The notes under the pieces: model-generated
Databases searched by the model: none
Seen by the model: only the letters and a program-made list of their open reading frames with translations
Told to the model about the DNA's origin: nothing
Translations under genes and position numbers: made by a program
Assembly (NCBI GenBank): GCA_000182565.2
Contig: KQ257456.1
DNA length: 64,000 bases
Source of the DNA: Spizellomyces punctatus DAOM BR117
Lineage: Eukaryota
Strand: one strand, 5' to 3'
Shown here: piece by piece, positions 11,814 through 25,753 of the stretch
Position numbering within the stretch: the first letter of the stretch is position 1
Layout: every line of letters begins with the position of its first letter

Positions 11814-13172
11814 TTAGCGGTAATTCTGGTCTTCGCCACACGGTCTGACATAAAAGACGCCAAGAGCGGGTTCTCTAAATAATCCCAGGATTCCATTTCC
11901 TACTTTCCTTAGGTCTACTTCACCTTCTGGTCCATTAAATCGGGGTATCTCCCACCATGACAGTGCTTCGCTGTTGGTACTTGGGGGTGACGGGAGCTGT
12001 ACACGTAAGGCGCGTCCGGACGCACATAAGGTAAAGGGTCGGCTGGAATTGCCATTTGCAATTGCGAGAGAGCCCGTATTGCTTCGCAAGTCGACGCGCA
12101 GAGCGACGGAGTAGTTTGTACCTTCCACAACATTCGTAAGCATGCCTGAGTAGTTGAAAATCACTTGTCGTCCATCCGAGAGCGTGTCGAATAGAGGTTG
12201 ATCATCGAGATTTGAAGTTGGAGCGATGCAGTCCTCGCCAAAGCATTCTTCCATGACAACCCCGAACACACCCCGCATGTCTCTCGTTCCACCGGGATCG
12301 TACCACCCGATCATCACAGATCCCCAAATGGAGCCGACATACCGGTTTGGCAGCGCAATTGTGTTTGGGCCACGAAGGAGTGTATGTTCAACAAATGATA
12401 TAGACGTTGGCTGTGTGCTATGATGCGACGGAATGGACAGTGTCCCCGAAACGCCGGTAAGCGCATCACCAACCGACCTCCATCTGCAAACTGCATCGAT
12501 GCTCATGTCTCCCTTTCGCTTTGACAGCAGCCCTACATCCCTGATAACAAATTCCATTGGATATGCTTCGAAACCATTCGTAGCTCTATCTAAAGCCCAG
12601 CCAACCCATCGAGTTTTGCAGACAGTGAGCCTCCAATACATGTCTGCCCACGTCTGTTCTTGAATGCCTTCGTGAGCAAGCCTAAGAGCATGGTAGTGCT
12701 TGAGATGCGGCGACGACAGACCAAAGCGCGCTATAGTGTGGTATCTATACAATGCATCTAGGTTTGCGGCTATTAGTTTATGCAATGGTTTGCAAGTACG
12801 CGACAGCGTATGGAGGGAAAGTGGGGGAAGGTAGCGGAGAAGGTGGAGAAGAAGATCTGTCGGCAGGTCTTGAATCGGGCTGTAAAGAGAGACCATAATA
12901 TCTGTGCTGTCCACAAGTGTTGTCGTATCTGATATCCATGAAGACGAGGATGAGTATGAACAGGACGAAACTGACGGAGCTTTGTTGTGACGACGAAGAA
13001 CCAGGGGTTCAGCGGGCTTTGAAATTTGAGTATTCATGCTAAAATCCAAATCTGCCGGTAGATGGGCAGAAGACTCGGTATCTTGACACACATCACTTTG
13101 GTTAGATGTATTGCCTACACTTGCATTTGCAATGTTCATCCCACCTTCAAAACTGGAAGTGTCTTGTCCCAT
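11814..13172 (-). CDS. F-box protein with an uncharacterised beta-rich C-terminal region; start uncertain
   Basis: Long single-exon ORF; F-box IQDLPTDLLLHLLRYLPPLSLHTLSRTCKPLHKLI. Confidence 0.75.
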   Translation of the reverse strand: MGQDTSSFEGGMNIANASVGNTSNQSDVCQDTESSAHLPADLDFSMNTQISKPAEPLVLRRHNKAPSVSSCSYSSSSSWISDTTTLVDSTDIMVSLYSPIQDLPTDLLLHLLRYLPPLSLHTLSRTCKPLHKLIAANLDALYRYHTIARFGLSSPHLKHYHALRLAHEGIQEQTWADMYWRLTVCKTRWVGWALDRATNGFEAYPMEFVIRDVGLLSKRKGDMSIDAVCRWRSVGDALTGVSGTLSIPSHHSTQPTSISFVEHTLLRGPNTIALPNRYVGSIWGSVMIGWYDPGGTRDMRGVFGVVMEECFGEDCIAPTSNLDDQPLFDTLSDGRQVIFNYSGMLTNVVEGTNYSVALRVDLRSNTGSLAIANGNSSRPFTLCASGRALRVQLPSPPSTNSEALSWWEIPRFNGPEGEVDLRKVGNGILGLFREPALGVFYVRPCGEDQNYR

Positions 13173-13520
13173 GTGAGTGCGAAAAAATGAATCGAATGCT
13201 GGGTCCTCTATAAGCGATTCCTCTCTATTTACGACAGTAACAATCCCCGTAGAATAAATATCCACCCAATGGGGAGGTTAACAGCAGGAATGGGGATAAT
13301 GGAGGGAGATCGGCTTCGACTCCTGAACAGCAATTCGTGTTCCAAAATAGTAGAGGGGAGGTGTTCACGCGACGCTCCTTGATTATCTAAAGTCACATGA
13401 GCATTAAATGCCCCCATTTCCGGATTTAACCGATTGGTCAGATTCTAACGCGTCAGAGCTCGGCCCCAACTCGCCTGGTTGCCCTTCAGGAGGAAAATCA
13501 CAAGATCGTCGTTAGGACGT

Positions 13521-14615
13521 ATGGAGCATGATAGTGGGGCCGACGCCCTGATGTCTCTCTCACAGTCTCCGGGTTTGCACCAAGATCCGTCGGGATCGGA
13601 GCACCATCCCGATAATCTTCTTCCCGTTACTCCGCTGCCGGACGGCCCGTCGCCGTCATCTTCACTGGAGGGGTCTCTGGACCTCAACGAAGAATGTCAA
13701 CGTCTTATCGACCAGCTCCAAGACTACATCCCTGCAGAAGCCATAGAGCTTTTGTATGAAGCTGGCTTCGAGTCTCTGCACGCTGTCAGGACTTTGACCG
13801 TGAACGACCTGAACGACGCCGAAACCTACACTAAGAAGGTGTTGAAACCCGGTCACAAGAAGCTTATAATGCAGGTACGACTAAAAGCAAACGTGAACGT
13901 GGAGTGCGGTATGATTCTAATACGTCAGTGCGTCGGAACTTAGTACGTTCAAAGTCGACCGTACGACGAAAATGGTGACGATCTGACGAACCGCCACTTA
14001 ATGTACACATTTGAGGGCAGCCCAATGGGGAAACGCCGAAGAATGGTAGAAGAAACCTCGCCACAACCCACTTTGTCCCTTCCAGCCCTGCAGTCTTTCC
14101 TGGAGCGACACCTGGCGGAATCTCCGGTCACGCGACATATTCGCAAAGACATCGATTATCAGATCAGCGTTCAGCAGACTCCGGACCGGCGTAGTGTGGA
14201 GGGCGTCTGGAAGTGCTTAGTGTGTAATTCTCGACCAGTAACTATATCACTCCGAAATGGTGGACGCCAACCTCAGCTCTCCAATGTGGGCACGCATCTC
14301 AAGACGATCAAGCATAACGCAGCCGTGAAAGAACGGAAAACCAAGACACAACTACTGGTTGGATCTTCCGATCAGATGGCGGTTGCTCTCGCTGCTATGC
14401 AGAAACATCTTCAACAGCAACAGCAACAAGAACAAGAACAAGTCAAGTCAGTCTTCCATATGGTCCAACCGTCGCGCTTGCAGAACCACATACAGTCAGG
14501 CCCAGATAGTACGCATCTCACGTCGGTTTCAAATGGTCCACTGTTGATGACGGGACACCATTCGGCGGTTGCGCATTCACAAGATGCACCCATAGGTGAA
14601 AGACAGCAGCAATAA
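13521..14615 (+). CDS. Hypothetical nuclear protein with a SAM-like domain, a CxxC...HxxxxxH zinc finger and a polyQ tract, 2 exons
   Basis: AIELLYEAGFESLHAVRTLTVNDL...LKPGHKKLIMQ (SAM-like); GKRRR (possible NLS); WKCLVC...LSNVGTHLKTIKH; an intron at about 13876-13943 keeps the frame. Confidence 0.65.
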
Positions 14616-15094
14616 TTCCATGTAAAGACTCTGCAGAGGAGCCGCGTCAGACACTGCGTGGGCGGGGTTTTGGTAGATACTTCATTTTATCGTAATATAT
14701 TTCATGTACAGAAAGAAGGATACACCACAGGATGTCTGTATTTTACTACGCATCCATCCCTGGCATCCATTTTATGTCAACTGTCATACAGCGATTTACA
14801 TTAATAGATCTCTCCAGTGCGAACTTCCTAGCGCCCAAGGGTGAAATTTCGCAAGAGATTACATTTACAGTATATACAGAAAGCAGATATTAGACCACAT
14901 CGACACCGCATTTTCGAGGCAGGTTGGGGTATAAGGTACGGTAAGAAATTGCGCAGACAGCCGAGTTCGATGGTGAGTATGTTACATCATCCTTCTTAAT
15001 TGGCGAAGATTACGAACGTCCTGCAGCCGTATCTTTGGTGAGGGAGGTCTATCATGTCATAACATAGAAAACGAATTGTGAGATCCAGTTCATA

Positions 15095-15400
15095 TCAAAA
15101 AAGAAGCAGTATATGTTGAGGTTTTGAAACTGACCGAGCGCGTGACAATCTCCAACTTTTCACGACCGCGTACAGCCAGTACAGTAACGGTACCAAATGG
15201 AGTAAAACCAGGAATTTGACGACGGTCCACCCAATAGCAGGTGGTTGGGTACCGTGGGGAGAGGAAGGCGGAGCGCTGCCGACAAAATTTGGAGGAACAG
15301 GTATTGGCGATGCAGGAAGGAAGGAAGGCTCTAATGGCTCTGAAGGCACACTGGTTTCAATAGGTATTATCGCTCGTTGTTGCAGTCCTGGCGGTGGCAT
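15095..15400 (-). CDS. Small Pro-rich protein with one C-terminal transmembrane segment (hypothetical)
   Basis: ATG ORF of about 101 aa; hydrophobic VVKFLVLLHLVPLLYWLYAVV followed by basic residues; no recognised family. Confidence 0.4.
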   Translation of the reverse strand: MPPPGLQQRAIIPIETSVPSEPLEPSFLPASPIPVPPNFVGSAPPSSPHGTQPPAIGWTVVKFLVLLHLVPLLYWLYAVVKSWRLSRARSVSKPQHILLLF

Positions 15401-15567
15401 GATGCCCTCTACCTTGCGGATAGGGAAAATCCAAGCGTTTGCACAATGAACTGCTCCTAATTGTGTTTGGCTTGATGCATTATGATGCATTATTATGCAT
15501 TCGAATATCACCAATGGCTAACCTAATTGCCAAATGGCAGCACTTGTTCACAAGATCTATCTCGACG

Positions 15568-16279
15568 ATGACGCATTCGCAGCACTATATACCTCCTCTG
15601 GTAAGCTGTCAGAGATGGCAGCTTTGGAAATATATCTCTCATGTGGCGGCCCTTCTTTACCTATGTGTAGAATTTTGGAATGGTGGAGGAAGACCTCTAC
15701 CGGTCGGGGCAACCCAATGAATTGAATTTTCCATTTCTCGAGAAGCTCGGTCTTAAAACGGTCATCTTCCTGGCTCCGGAAGAGCCAAACCAAAGATTGT
15801 GAGCATTTCCTCATTTAGGCTGGCACGTTTACTATTTGCTCAAAATCACTCAGTCCAAGTTTTTTCGATTTGTCAGTTTGAACTTTATTGAGGACCAAGA
15901 GATACAGTTTCACCACCTGGGGATTAACGTTTCTGCAAATGCATGGGATCCAATATCTGAGGAGGTGGTACTGGAGGCCTTGGAGTTAATACTTGATCCA
16001 AAATCTTATCCAATGATTGTAATGTGCAACTTGGGGCGACATCGTACCGGTGGGAATCAGAACGTATCACCTCCAACAGGATTGTGTGTGGCTTACAATC
16101 CTACTCTAGGGACAGTGATTGGCTGCCTTCGAAAGCTGCAACGATGGAACTTGACATCGATATTTGAAGAGTATCGCCGGTATGCAGGGCCAAAGGTCCG
16201 CGTACTTAACGAACAGTTTATTGAGCTGTTTGATACCGACTTGGTTCGTGTTCCCATCAATCATCCTCTGTGGCTGTAA
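15568..16279 (+). CDS. OCA1/SIW14-family (PFA-DSP) phosphatase, 4 exons
   Basis: [41 protein letters not shown]5R active site [29 protein letters not shown]. Confidence 0.9.
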
Positions 16280-16394
16280 GATATCTGCTATCCTGCTCGA
16301 GGATATCGTCACGGATCTCCCATACTGTTTATGCTTTATTAATACTATCGACCATGGTTTGTACAATATTTATAAATGAGCACGATTTGAAACC

Positions 16395-19300
16395 CTATCT
16401 ATTTTGCCACTTTGCCAAAGCATCTCTTAACCTTCCTTCGCACGATATGCCAGCATCCGATGTTGAACTAGGTTCTTCTGGCTCTGGATATGAAGCAGCG
16501 GCTGATTTTGATCTCCACCTTCTCCCAATCTCCACCAATTCTAGTGGCGTCTTCCCTAATCCGTCCTGAATATCAAGGTCATCAGACTGCGGATATTTGG
16601 TCCATGTAATAGACGACCATACATACCCGAATATTTGGATCTGCACCTTTACCCAGTAAAAACCCAACCGCCTCCACATCGTGATATAAGGCAGCAAAAT
16701 GCAGTGCGTTCATTCGCCTAGTTACGGAGCCTTCCACGCCAGGAAGAGTTTGTTCACCATCAAAACAAAGCACATTTGGGCCGGCGGTGGTCGGTACTTC
16801 GTCGACAGCATCAATTTTTGCGCCATTTTGAAGGAGGAATTCTGCCACGACCATTCGGGGAGACGGTGACGTTGATGTCTTAACAGAGGAACTGATTGGA
16901 TGTGGGGATGAAGTGGGTGAAGGAGATGATAATGGTAGAGGCTGTATGATAGAACTGTTTCGTCGTGGTGGCGGTGGCGAGGGATAGCCGAGGGCAGTTA
17001 TGAGAGCACTATGTGTTGAGGAATTGGAAAAATTGATGTCTGCACCGAAGGCCATTGCCTTCAAAGCGGCAAGTATGTCTTTATCATGTGCTGCTTTCTG
17101 CAATAGCTTCTGCGGATCGCTGTCCTCAGATTGGAGTGATGCTTTGTCGAGGAACGTACGACTCACGTACTAGTCAACACGATGTGAACCGTCTGAGTGA
17201 GCGCGTAGAACATATGACAAATATTCTTCACAAATTTACCTTGTCACGAATGTATTGGGCCTTAAGATCTCGCCGGTCCGTTGCAGTGGGCTTTGTTTCG
17301 GGTGTTGCTGTCGCTTCCCATATGGAATTGGATTTCGCGTTTCCGATATTCTTCAACACTGCCATCAATTCTGGAGTCCAACTCACCGTATCAAGGGTGA
17401 GAGAGCGAATCTGTCAAAAGCGTCATTGGGTAACATGCGAGAGGCTCATGAACAAGACAAAAAACGTACCTTGGTAATGTGGGTTCCAAGACTACGATGA
17501 ATTCCAGAGCAATCTAAAATATGATGTTAAATCAGCCGTCCGCCTACGCTAAAGATATCAGTGACAACTCACCAATACATAAAATGCACCCCAAGTTAAT
17601 GCTTATCCAGTCTGGTCCCTTCGCACCGCATTCTGCACAAACTGCAAAAGTCACAATACAAATTAATTGAGAATTATCCTATTTTTTTTTAAGTCAACTG
17701 ACCGTTAAGTCATACCTGAATTTGCTGGATCTGATTCTCTAATGATTTCTAGAACTCTTCCTGGAATTTGCGTATCGAGTTCCCCGCCAGGCAAGTTCTC
17801 TGTTGATGGGGTCATGGCACGACTTGCTCTCCCTAAAGGCACAACGTAGTCGGGGCCTACGTTCTCGAATATCGTACTGGTTCCACTGAGCATCCCTTCG
17901 ATGGAGTTTTGGATTACCACTATCCATGATTTCATATCTTCAGCATCAGATGCTTGATATAAGCGGCGACCAATATGCGGCCCTATTAACTCGAACGCGA
18001 AGCGTCGGTCGATATTGCGGGCCTCACGCACAGTGCAGAACCGTAGATTGACGGTGTGGATCAACTCTGCTTGATTCTTCTTTAATAGACATTCTGCGCG
18101 ACAAACGTCGTAGTGAAATCAGAATTCACACATTCTGATACCTTCAAACCGTACAAGCTAGCTGCACCTGCCCTTTAACCTACCTTGTAACTGGCCACCT
18201 GACAGAACGCACCAAAGTTTTCTCCAGCTAAGTAACCCAGCAGTGGCCTTTTGATGTCCACCACCTGTTGTCGGAGCTACCGCAACGAAGAGGTAACCCT
18301 GAGGAGAAGCGTCTATATCCTTTTCCACTCCAAACCACCGTCATTACAGATGTAAAAAACGCCATACCTTCTTTCTTCGCCCTAACGAGGCCGACTCCGA
18401 GTCATGTGTTTGAACCAAATCCCGGATACCACGGAACTTATTTCCTGCCGCGTCCGCGGATAATGGTCGACCGTTTTCCTCATCACTCAAGACTTCCCCC
18501 GTCCCAGTGCTATCGATAAGTAGCTGAGCCTTCGATTCAATCAGCTTGCGCCTCTCCTCTCGTTCCCTCTTTTCCTCGTTATATTTTTCATTTGACTCCT
18601 TCCATTTATTCGATAGGGTGTCGAGGTCATCTTTCTTTTTGATCAACTTATCGGCAATGGACTTGAAAAAGGACATCTAGATAGCAGATTTTAAGTTCAG
18701 GAGACAACTCAACAATACGCGTTGTTTCTCTTGGCTACCTGTTTCTCCGCCAGCACTGTGAAGGTGAAATTCAAGTCTCGCTCCATATGCGCTCCGTGCA
18801 GATCTTTCAAATGACAGTAATAATCCAGCCTGCGATGGGGTATTAGGCTATATTATGATATCTGCGAGAAAGATTTCCTACGTACCTTTTCAGCTCGTAA
18901 TTTTTCTTCTTTTCTTGCCATTTCGAATCTGCCTCAAGCAGCTTTTTGTCGTGACTTTTAATGGAGAGGTATTTTTGCTCGGAAGCGTTAAAATCCTGCA
19001 ATTTTCAATGAATATCGACGTTGGTTTCCTCATAGCGAGACCTGCTAACGATTTCAGAGCTACAACCTTGGCTTCTTGATCAAAGCCTTTCTTTTGACCT
19101 TCAGCCGCTTTAATCTGAGTACGGTACAGAAGATCAAGTTGCTCGATAAATGTCCCTTGAACTTGATTCAAAAGGATCTCTGTTGCCTTGTCCACCTCCT
19201 TCTGCACTTCGTTTAGAAGATTAATTACCGCAACATCTACATTGGGGATTGCTGAAATGGCTGCAGCAAGGCTTCTTCCAGCATGCATGAAAGATCGGGC

Positions 19301-19684
19301 GGTATTAACATACTCATCCACCTGCTTTGATGTCTTCTTTACTGCGTGTTTGAGGTTGGCGGTCTTTTTTTCCAAACTCTCAATCGTAGCACGGAAGGCA
19401 GGCTCATCATCCACTTCATCAAGATTGAGCATAGAGCTTCCAGTCCCGCTGGAAAGTTCTCTGCGATGGCCCCCTACACCCGCTGGAGATATTGCAGCAG
19501 GTGAAATGGGTGAAGAGACGGACGATCGTGGTGAGGTGGCTGACTCGTTTCCTTCGCTGTGTGGAGATAGGGGTGAAATTGCTGCTGGTTCTACTGATCC
19601 GACAACTGATTCTCTCCGTGAGCTGAAACCTGAGAGCGCAACGGACGAGGTTTGGCTGTGTGCACGAGTGGGAGGAGGTGGCAT
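16395..19684 (-). CDS. BAR-PH-ArfGAP-ankyrin protein (ACAP/centaurin-beta-like), multi-exon
   Basis: DDEPAFRATIESLE (BAR start); PH motifs NLRFCTVREARNIDRRFAFEL and LYQASDAEDMKSW; ArfGAP CAECGAKGPDWISINLGCILC and HRSLGTH; ankyrin ALHFAALYHDVEAVGFLLGKGADPN. Confidence 0.9.
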
Positions 19685-20205
19685 AGGGGCTATTGTCTTC
19701 AAGTGAGCAATTTGGTTCACAGTAAACAAACGAAAATACTTACATGAAACAAAGAAATCAAAGGTAGCCAATGCCTGAGATTGCTTTTCCTCAGCGTCAT
19801 AAACTCCAAACTATTGAATTGACTGGTTTACACAAGAAAGTGCGCAGGGTATTTGACCATAAACATTCGACCTTTTACGTACATAACAGGAAGTTTTCCA
19901 TCCGCCAGTTGGAGGCAGCGCAATACTCTTCAATTCCGTTTGTCCGGTGGCAGGAGGAGCCACGTATGCCCATGTCCATTCGTAGATCTTAAACCCATCG
20001 CCGTTCACGATTAAGGTTGGATCCGGGTTTACTACGTGCGCGTTCTATTGCGGGCCAACGTCAGTGCTGGGTGCCGTAGAGCGCCGCATTCCAAGCCTTA
20101 TACATACAGACGTAGAGATGTCGTTCCCCTTTGACAGAACACGTTGCAGCTCGGCTGTAAGTAGCTCTGATCTTAGCTGTTATGCGAGATATCAAGCCAA
20201 GCTTC

Positions 20206-20647
20206 TCATTTAACGTCACCTGAACTCCCCGCAACGATGAACAATAATCCCCTTGGGCATTCTCCCGTCACTCTGAAAGAAAATGTGACCAACAGATCCT
20301 CACTGTAATCTACCGTCAGAGTTGGATTCCGTCCACGTAGTCGTTGATAGGCGGCCGTGCTTAAACGAGCGATTGATTGGACAGATTTCCAATGCGTGGG
20401 CGTTGAAGGGTCGGGATCTTCCAGCAATGAACTGAGCTTGAATGCTGATTCTGATCCTCCCAAAAGCTTTATGTACACATCGTCGCGATCGATTCGAATG
20501 GTGACCGAATCGGAGCCTTGCTTTAACGTTACCAGCTCAATGGAGACTGCAGGTCATGAGCGACGATTGCCATGAAAGTCGGAAAATATTCGCCAAACAC
20601 GTACATTGCCTATTATTTACAGCATGCGAAGACGCGTTAGCACCCAT
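20206..20647 (-). CDS. Hypothetical protein with an N-myristoylation-like start (MGANASS), 2 exons
   Basis: ATG at 20647; intron gtacgt...ctgcag joins MGANASSHAVNNRQ in frame to FSIELVTLKQGSDSVTIRIDRDDVYIKLLGG...; divergent from TIM8. Confidence 0.55.
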
Positions 20648-20851
20648 TTCTCGAGCATCGAACGAGAGGTCAAGGCCAGATCGCAGCTGGTACAATGAAA
20701 AATGCCCCAATACCAACCAAAACGATATCACACAGCGCGACACACCAGGCGATGGTCGCGTAAGCACTGAATCACGTGATGATCTCTGAACATCGTAACC
20801 AAGCAGAGCCTTGGTGACATTGGTTCGTCCAGCAAACACCGAATCCTCAAA

Positions 20852-21477
20852 ATGGCTTCTCTTCCGACCCAAGACCTAGACGAAAAGAGCAAGGCAGAAC
20901 TGGTGCAGTTCGTTGAGAACGAACAGGTTGGTTCCGTACTATTCGCCTTCTCTTTTCCGATAACACATCAATGCTGATAACGCTTTGTTTAACTTAGCGG
21001 CGAGCGAACTTCCAATCAACAGGTAAGCACCTTGCAATCTATCTGGCCTTTTGTTCATTTAACTAACCCACTTGTTTTCGGTAGTACATCAATACACTGG
21101 TGAGTCTGTTTTTGGAGTGGTACCTCGTACACGTTAGGTAGCTTGTTGACCCAACATAACCTTGAACCTTTGCTGGACATTAACAGACGTCTGCTGGTAA
21201 GTAAAACCAAAGTTAGGCTAACCCTCTGGCTTCTTGATGTTTTCAAAATGTTAAATTTATGATTTTAACTGTAGGGATAAGTGCATCACAAAGATACGAC
21301 CGGCGATGGACAAATCGGATGAAGGTTCGTTGGTGTCCTTACAGTGTGCAATAAGTACCGATGGATGTTTATTCCCTCTTCTCCGTAGTCTGCCTGACAA
21401 ACTGTGTGGAACGGTTTCTCGACTCGACCATTCTCCTTTTAAACTCGTTGGGGCAGCAGGCTGGGCATCGTAAATAG
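20852..21477 (+). CDS. TIM8: Mitochondrial small Tim chaperone Tim8, 6 exons (not in the ORF track)
   Basis: Exons 20852-20926, 20998-21022, 21085-21099, 21187-21196, 21275-21324 and 21389-21477 sum to 264 nt and give ...ELVQFVENEQRRANFQSTVHQYTDVCWDKCI...CLTNCVERFLDS (twin CX3C). Confidence 0.93.
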
Positions 21478-22058
21478 ACATGCATCGTTAGCATAATAGT
21501 ATATCTCGTATGGCAATACGCAACGACCAACTCGTTACTACGTCACAGCCTCGGTGGAGAGTCTGCGTGATGTACTACGACAATGGTTTTCGTAGATCAA
21601 GGATGTTCATGCAGAAAGATATATCCATTAGAGAGTGGAATAAGATTTGCTAAACCTCTGTCGCCCGACCAAAAGTGCATATCCAACCAACCAGCTGCCG
21701 TATTAGGACAGTGCAGTTGTCTGCAACCTTGCAAATATCTCAGTCCATTCTTTCTATCCAAGTCTATTTGCCACACTTTTTGTTCCAGTGGTAATTGGAA
21801 ATGTTCAGTTCTGCCGGATCACTACGCTTGGGTAATCACGGATCGATCAGTGTTGTGGGTTGTTGTCTGACTGTGTAGATCACACGGCTGTAGATCACTG
21901 ATTTCTCCAGTGACTGCCATTTCCTGCAGCACTGCAACAGTCTGTACAAGTAACGGAGTTAGCAGCCTCGCTCTGTCTTTCTGACTCTGGAATCGGAATA
22001 CCCTCAACGTCGGAGAATGTTGATGGCACGTAGAAATCGCTAAAAACACAAGGTCGAA

Positions 22059-23363
22059 ATGCAACAAAAAACATTTGAAGAGCAACTTTCAGGAATCGTT
22101 GCACGTCGACGACAACAAAGTCTTCTTCGCACGACACCACTACCTCCCTCACCCCCCTTGATTGACTTTTCTTCAAATGATTACCTAGGACTTGCACATG
22201 ATGCGCACCTTCACGACCGTTTTCTGTCCGCCTTGCAAAAATCTCCACATGCACTTGGGTCTACGGGTTCTAGGCTTTTGAATGGAAATTCACGGGAAGC
22301 ACTATCACTAGAAACGTTCCTTGCCGATTTTCATAATGCACCTGATGCGCTACTGTTCAATAGTGGCTATGATGCCAATCTCAGTTTATTGAGTACTCTG
22401 CCACAACCTGACGGTGCTGTAATTTACGATGAACTCGTACATGCATCTATGCACGACGGAATCAAACTTGGTCGTGCAAAGTGTGCGAAAAAGTTTAAAC
22501 ACAATAATGTGGATGCGCTCCGAGACTTGTTGACAGAGTTGTTGGTGGGTAAGGAGGGACAACACGAACGGACATTGTGTAAAACGGCTGTTGTCGCTGT
22601 GGAGAGCTTGTATTCTATGGACGGGGATATTGCGCCTTTAGAGGAGATTGTGCAAGTTGTAGAGGAGTTTGATGGACGGGCTTGTTTGGTGGTCGATGAA
22701 GCTCACTCAACAGGGGTGTTTGGTCCGCAAGGACGGGGCCTGGTCTGTGCACTCGGGCTTGAATCAAGAGTGTATGCCCGACTACATACCTTTGGAAAGG
22801 CCATTGGAAGTCATGGTGCCGTCGTCCTCGGATCTCCTACACTGCGAGAGTACTTGGTGAATTATGCACGGCCTTTGGTGTATTCAACCATGATACCTTA
22901 CCATGGTCTTGTTGCCATTCGCTGCTCATACGAGTATCTAATGGAAGAGGCTGCGGGCCTTCAAACGAGGATGACTGAACTGGTACAGGTTTTCAGACAG
23001 TCTGTCGGTACACTGCCATCTGGAGCGGCTTTGCTGCCATCTGATTCTATGATCCAAGGTGTAGTCCTAGCAGGTAAGTGAAAAAGGTCTTGTTGACTGT
23101 CAAGGGTGATATTCAACAAAGTTCTCATCTACGAATGATATCAAGGCAACGCACGGGTGGTGGCACTAGCGACAAAGGTTCAAGCAAAGGGTTTCGACGT
23201 GCGTCCAATCCGCTCGCCGACGGTGCCAAAGGGTTCAGAACGTCTTCGCGTCTGCTTGCATGCACACAATACGCGTCAACAAGTTCTCGCCCTTGCAGCG
23301 GCGATAAGATGGGCAGTTGAGGAAGTGATTGGCAGGAGTCAGGTTGCTCTTCCCAAGTTATGA
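22059..23363 (+). CDS. bioF: 8-amino-7-oxononanoate (KAPA) synthase, biotin biosynthesis, 2 exons
   Basis: DFSSNDYLGL, GSTGSRLLNGN, FNSGYDAN, DELVHASMHDG, ESLYSMDGD, VDEAHSTG, HTFGKA, IRSPTVPKGSERLRVCLH; ends PKL*. Confidence 0.95.
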
Positions 23364-23444
23364 AAACGTTGAATAGCAGATACAGAAACTATGTAGTATA
23401 GATAAGAGTTGAAGCCCATTGCGGGCTATCTAGATGTAGGATAT

Positions 23445-25009
<1,565 letters not shown>

Positions 25010-25753
25010 TTCTGAATCTATGGGATATCAAGTGTGGATGGGAAGCAAGTAAAACAATGTCCAGCGTGGAGGAGATAGATGGGAGATGGGTGAGTCAGCA
25101 TGTCCCAAATGGCTTAATGATGGTTCTCGTCACATGACCGTATGAAATGGCCCCACTTTCCAAGTGTTCTCTCGTTGACTCGCATTCAACCAACCTCCAA
25201 TCGCAGCTATACTGTTTGGCTGGCCTTGTGTATAATCAGCAATGGAGGGTGTGAGCGGACCGACGTTTGCCAAAGGAAATGCTCAACTAGATTATGGGTA
25301 TCAGTGAGTTGGCGTTAAGAATGGCCCTGCTAGGATACCTCCTGTAAAATAAAATACAAACTATAAGGCGAGCCACGCACAATGGTTATCCTATGCGTTT
25401 GAAGTAGTCTTGGGACAAGAGTTGCGCACCGGTATCGTTTACGACCCAAGACATGGTTGGCGGATCCCTCTCGCCCGTGCCCCCCGTGCAATGACCACGC
25501 GCACGTTCAGCCCTCCGATATCTCCGATCCCATTGGAATGTGATTTAATGTGCATATGCCGATTTCAATACGTTTCTAACTCTTCCAAATGCAGGCCTTT
25601 TGCTCACAAAAAACTCTGCCGATTTTTAACGCGTAATTTGTTTTTACTGCTGACCAAACCTTGTCAACAAGATTTCACAACCCTCGGGAACGCTCTCTTT
25701 TAGGTTTTCTTTTTTGTTTGCATGTCTTTCGCAGGAGGACCCAGCGCATCGAA

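Noticed and set aside
20168..20177. GCUAAGAUCA word shared with U2 snRNA
   Set aside because: The flanking U2 features (GUGUAGUA branch-pairing region, Sm site) are absent.
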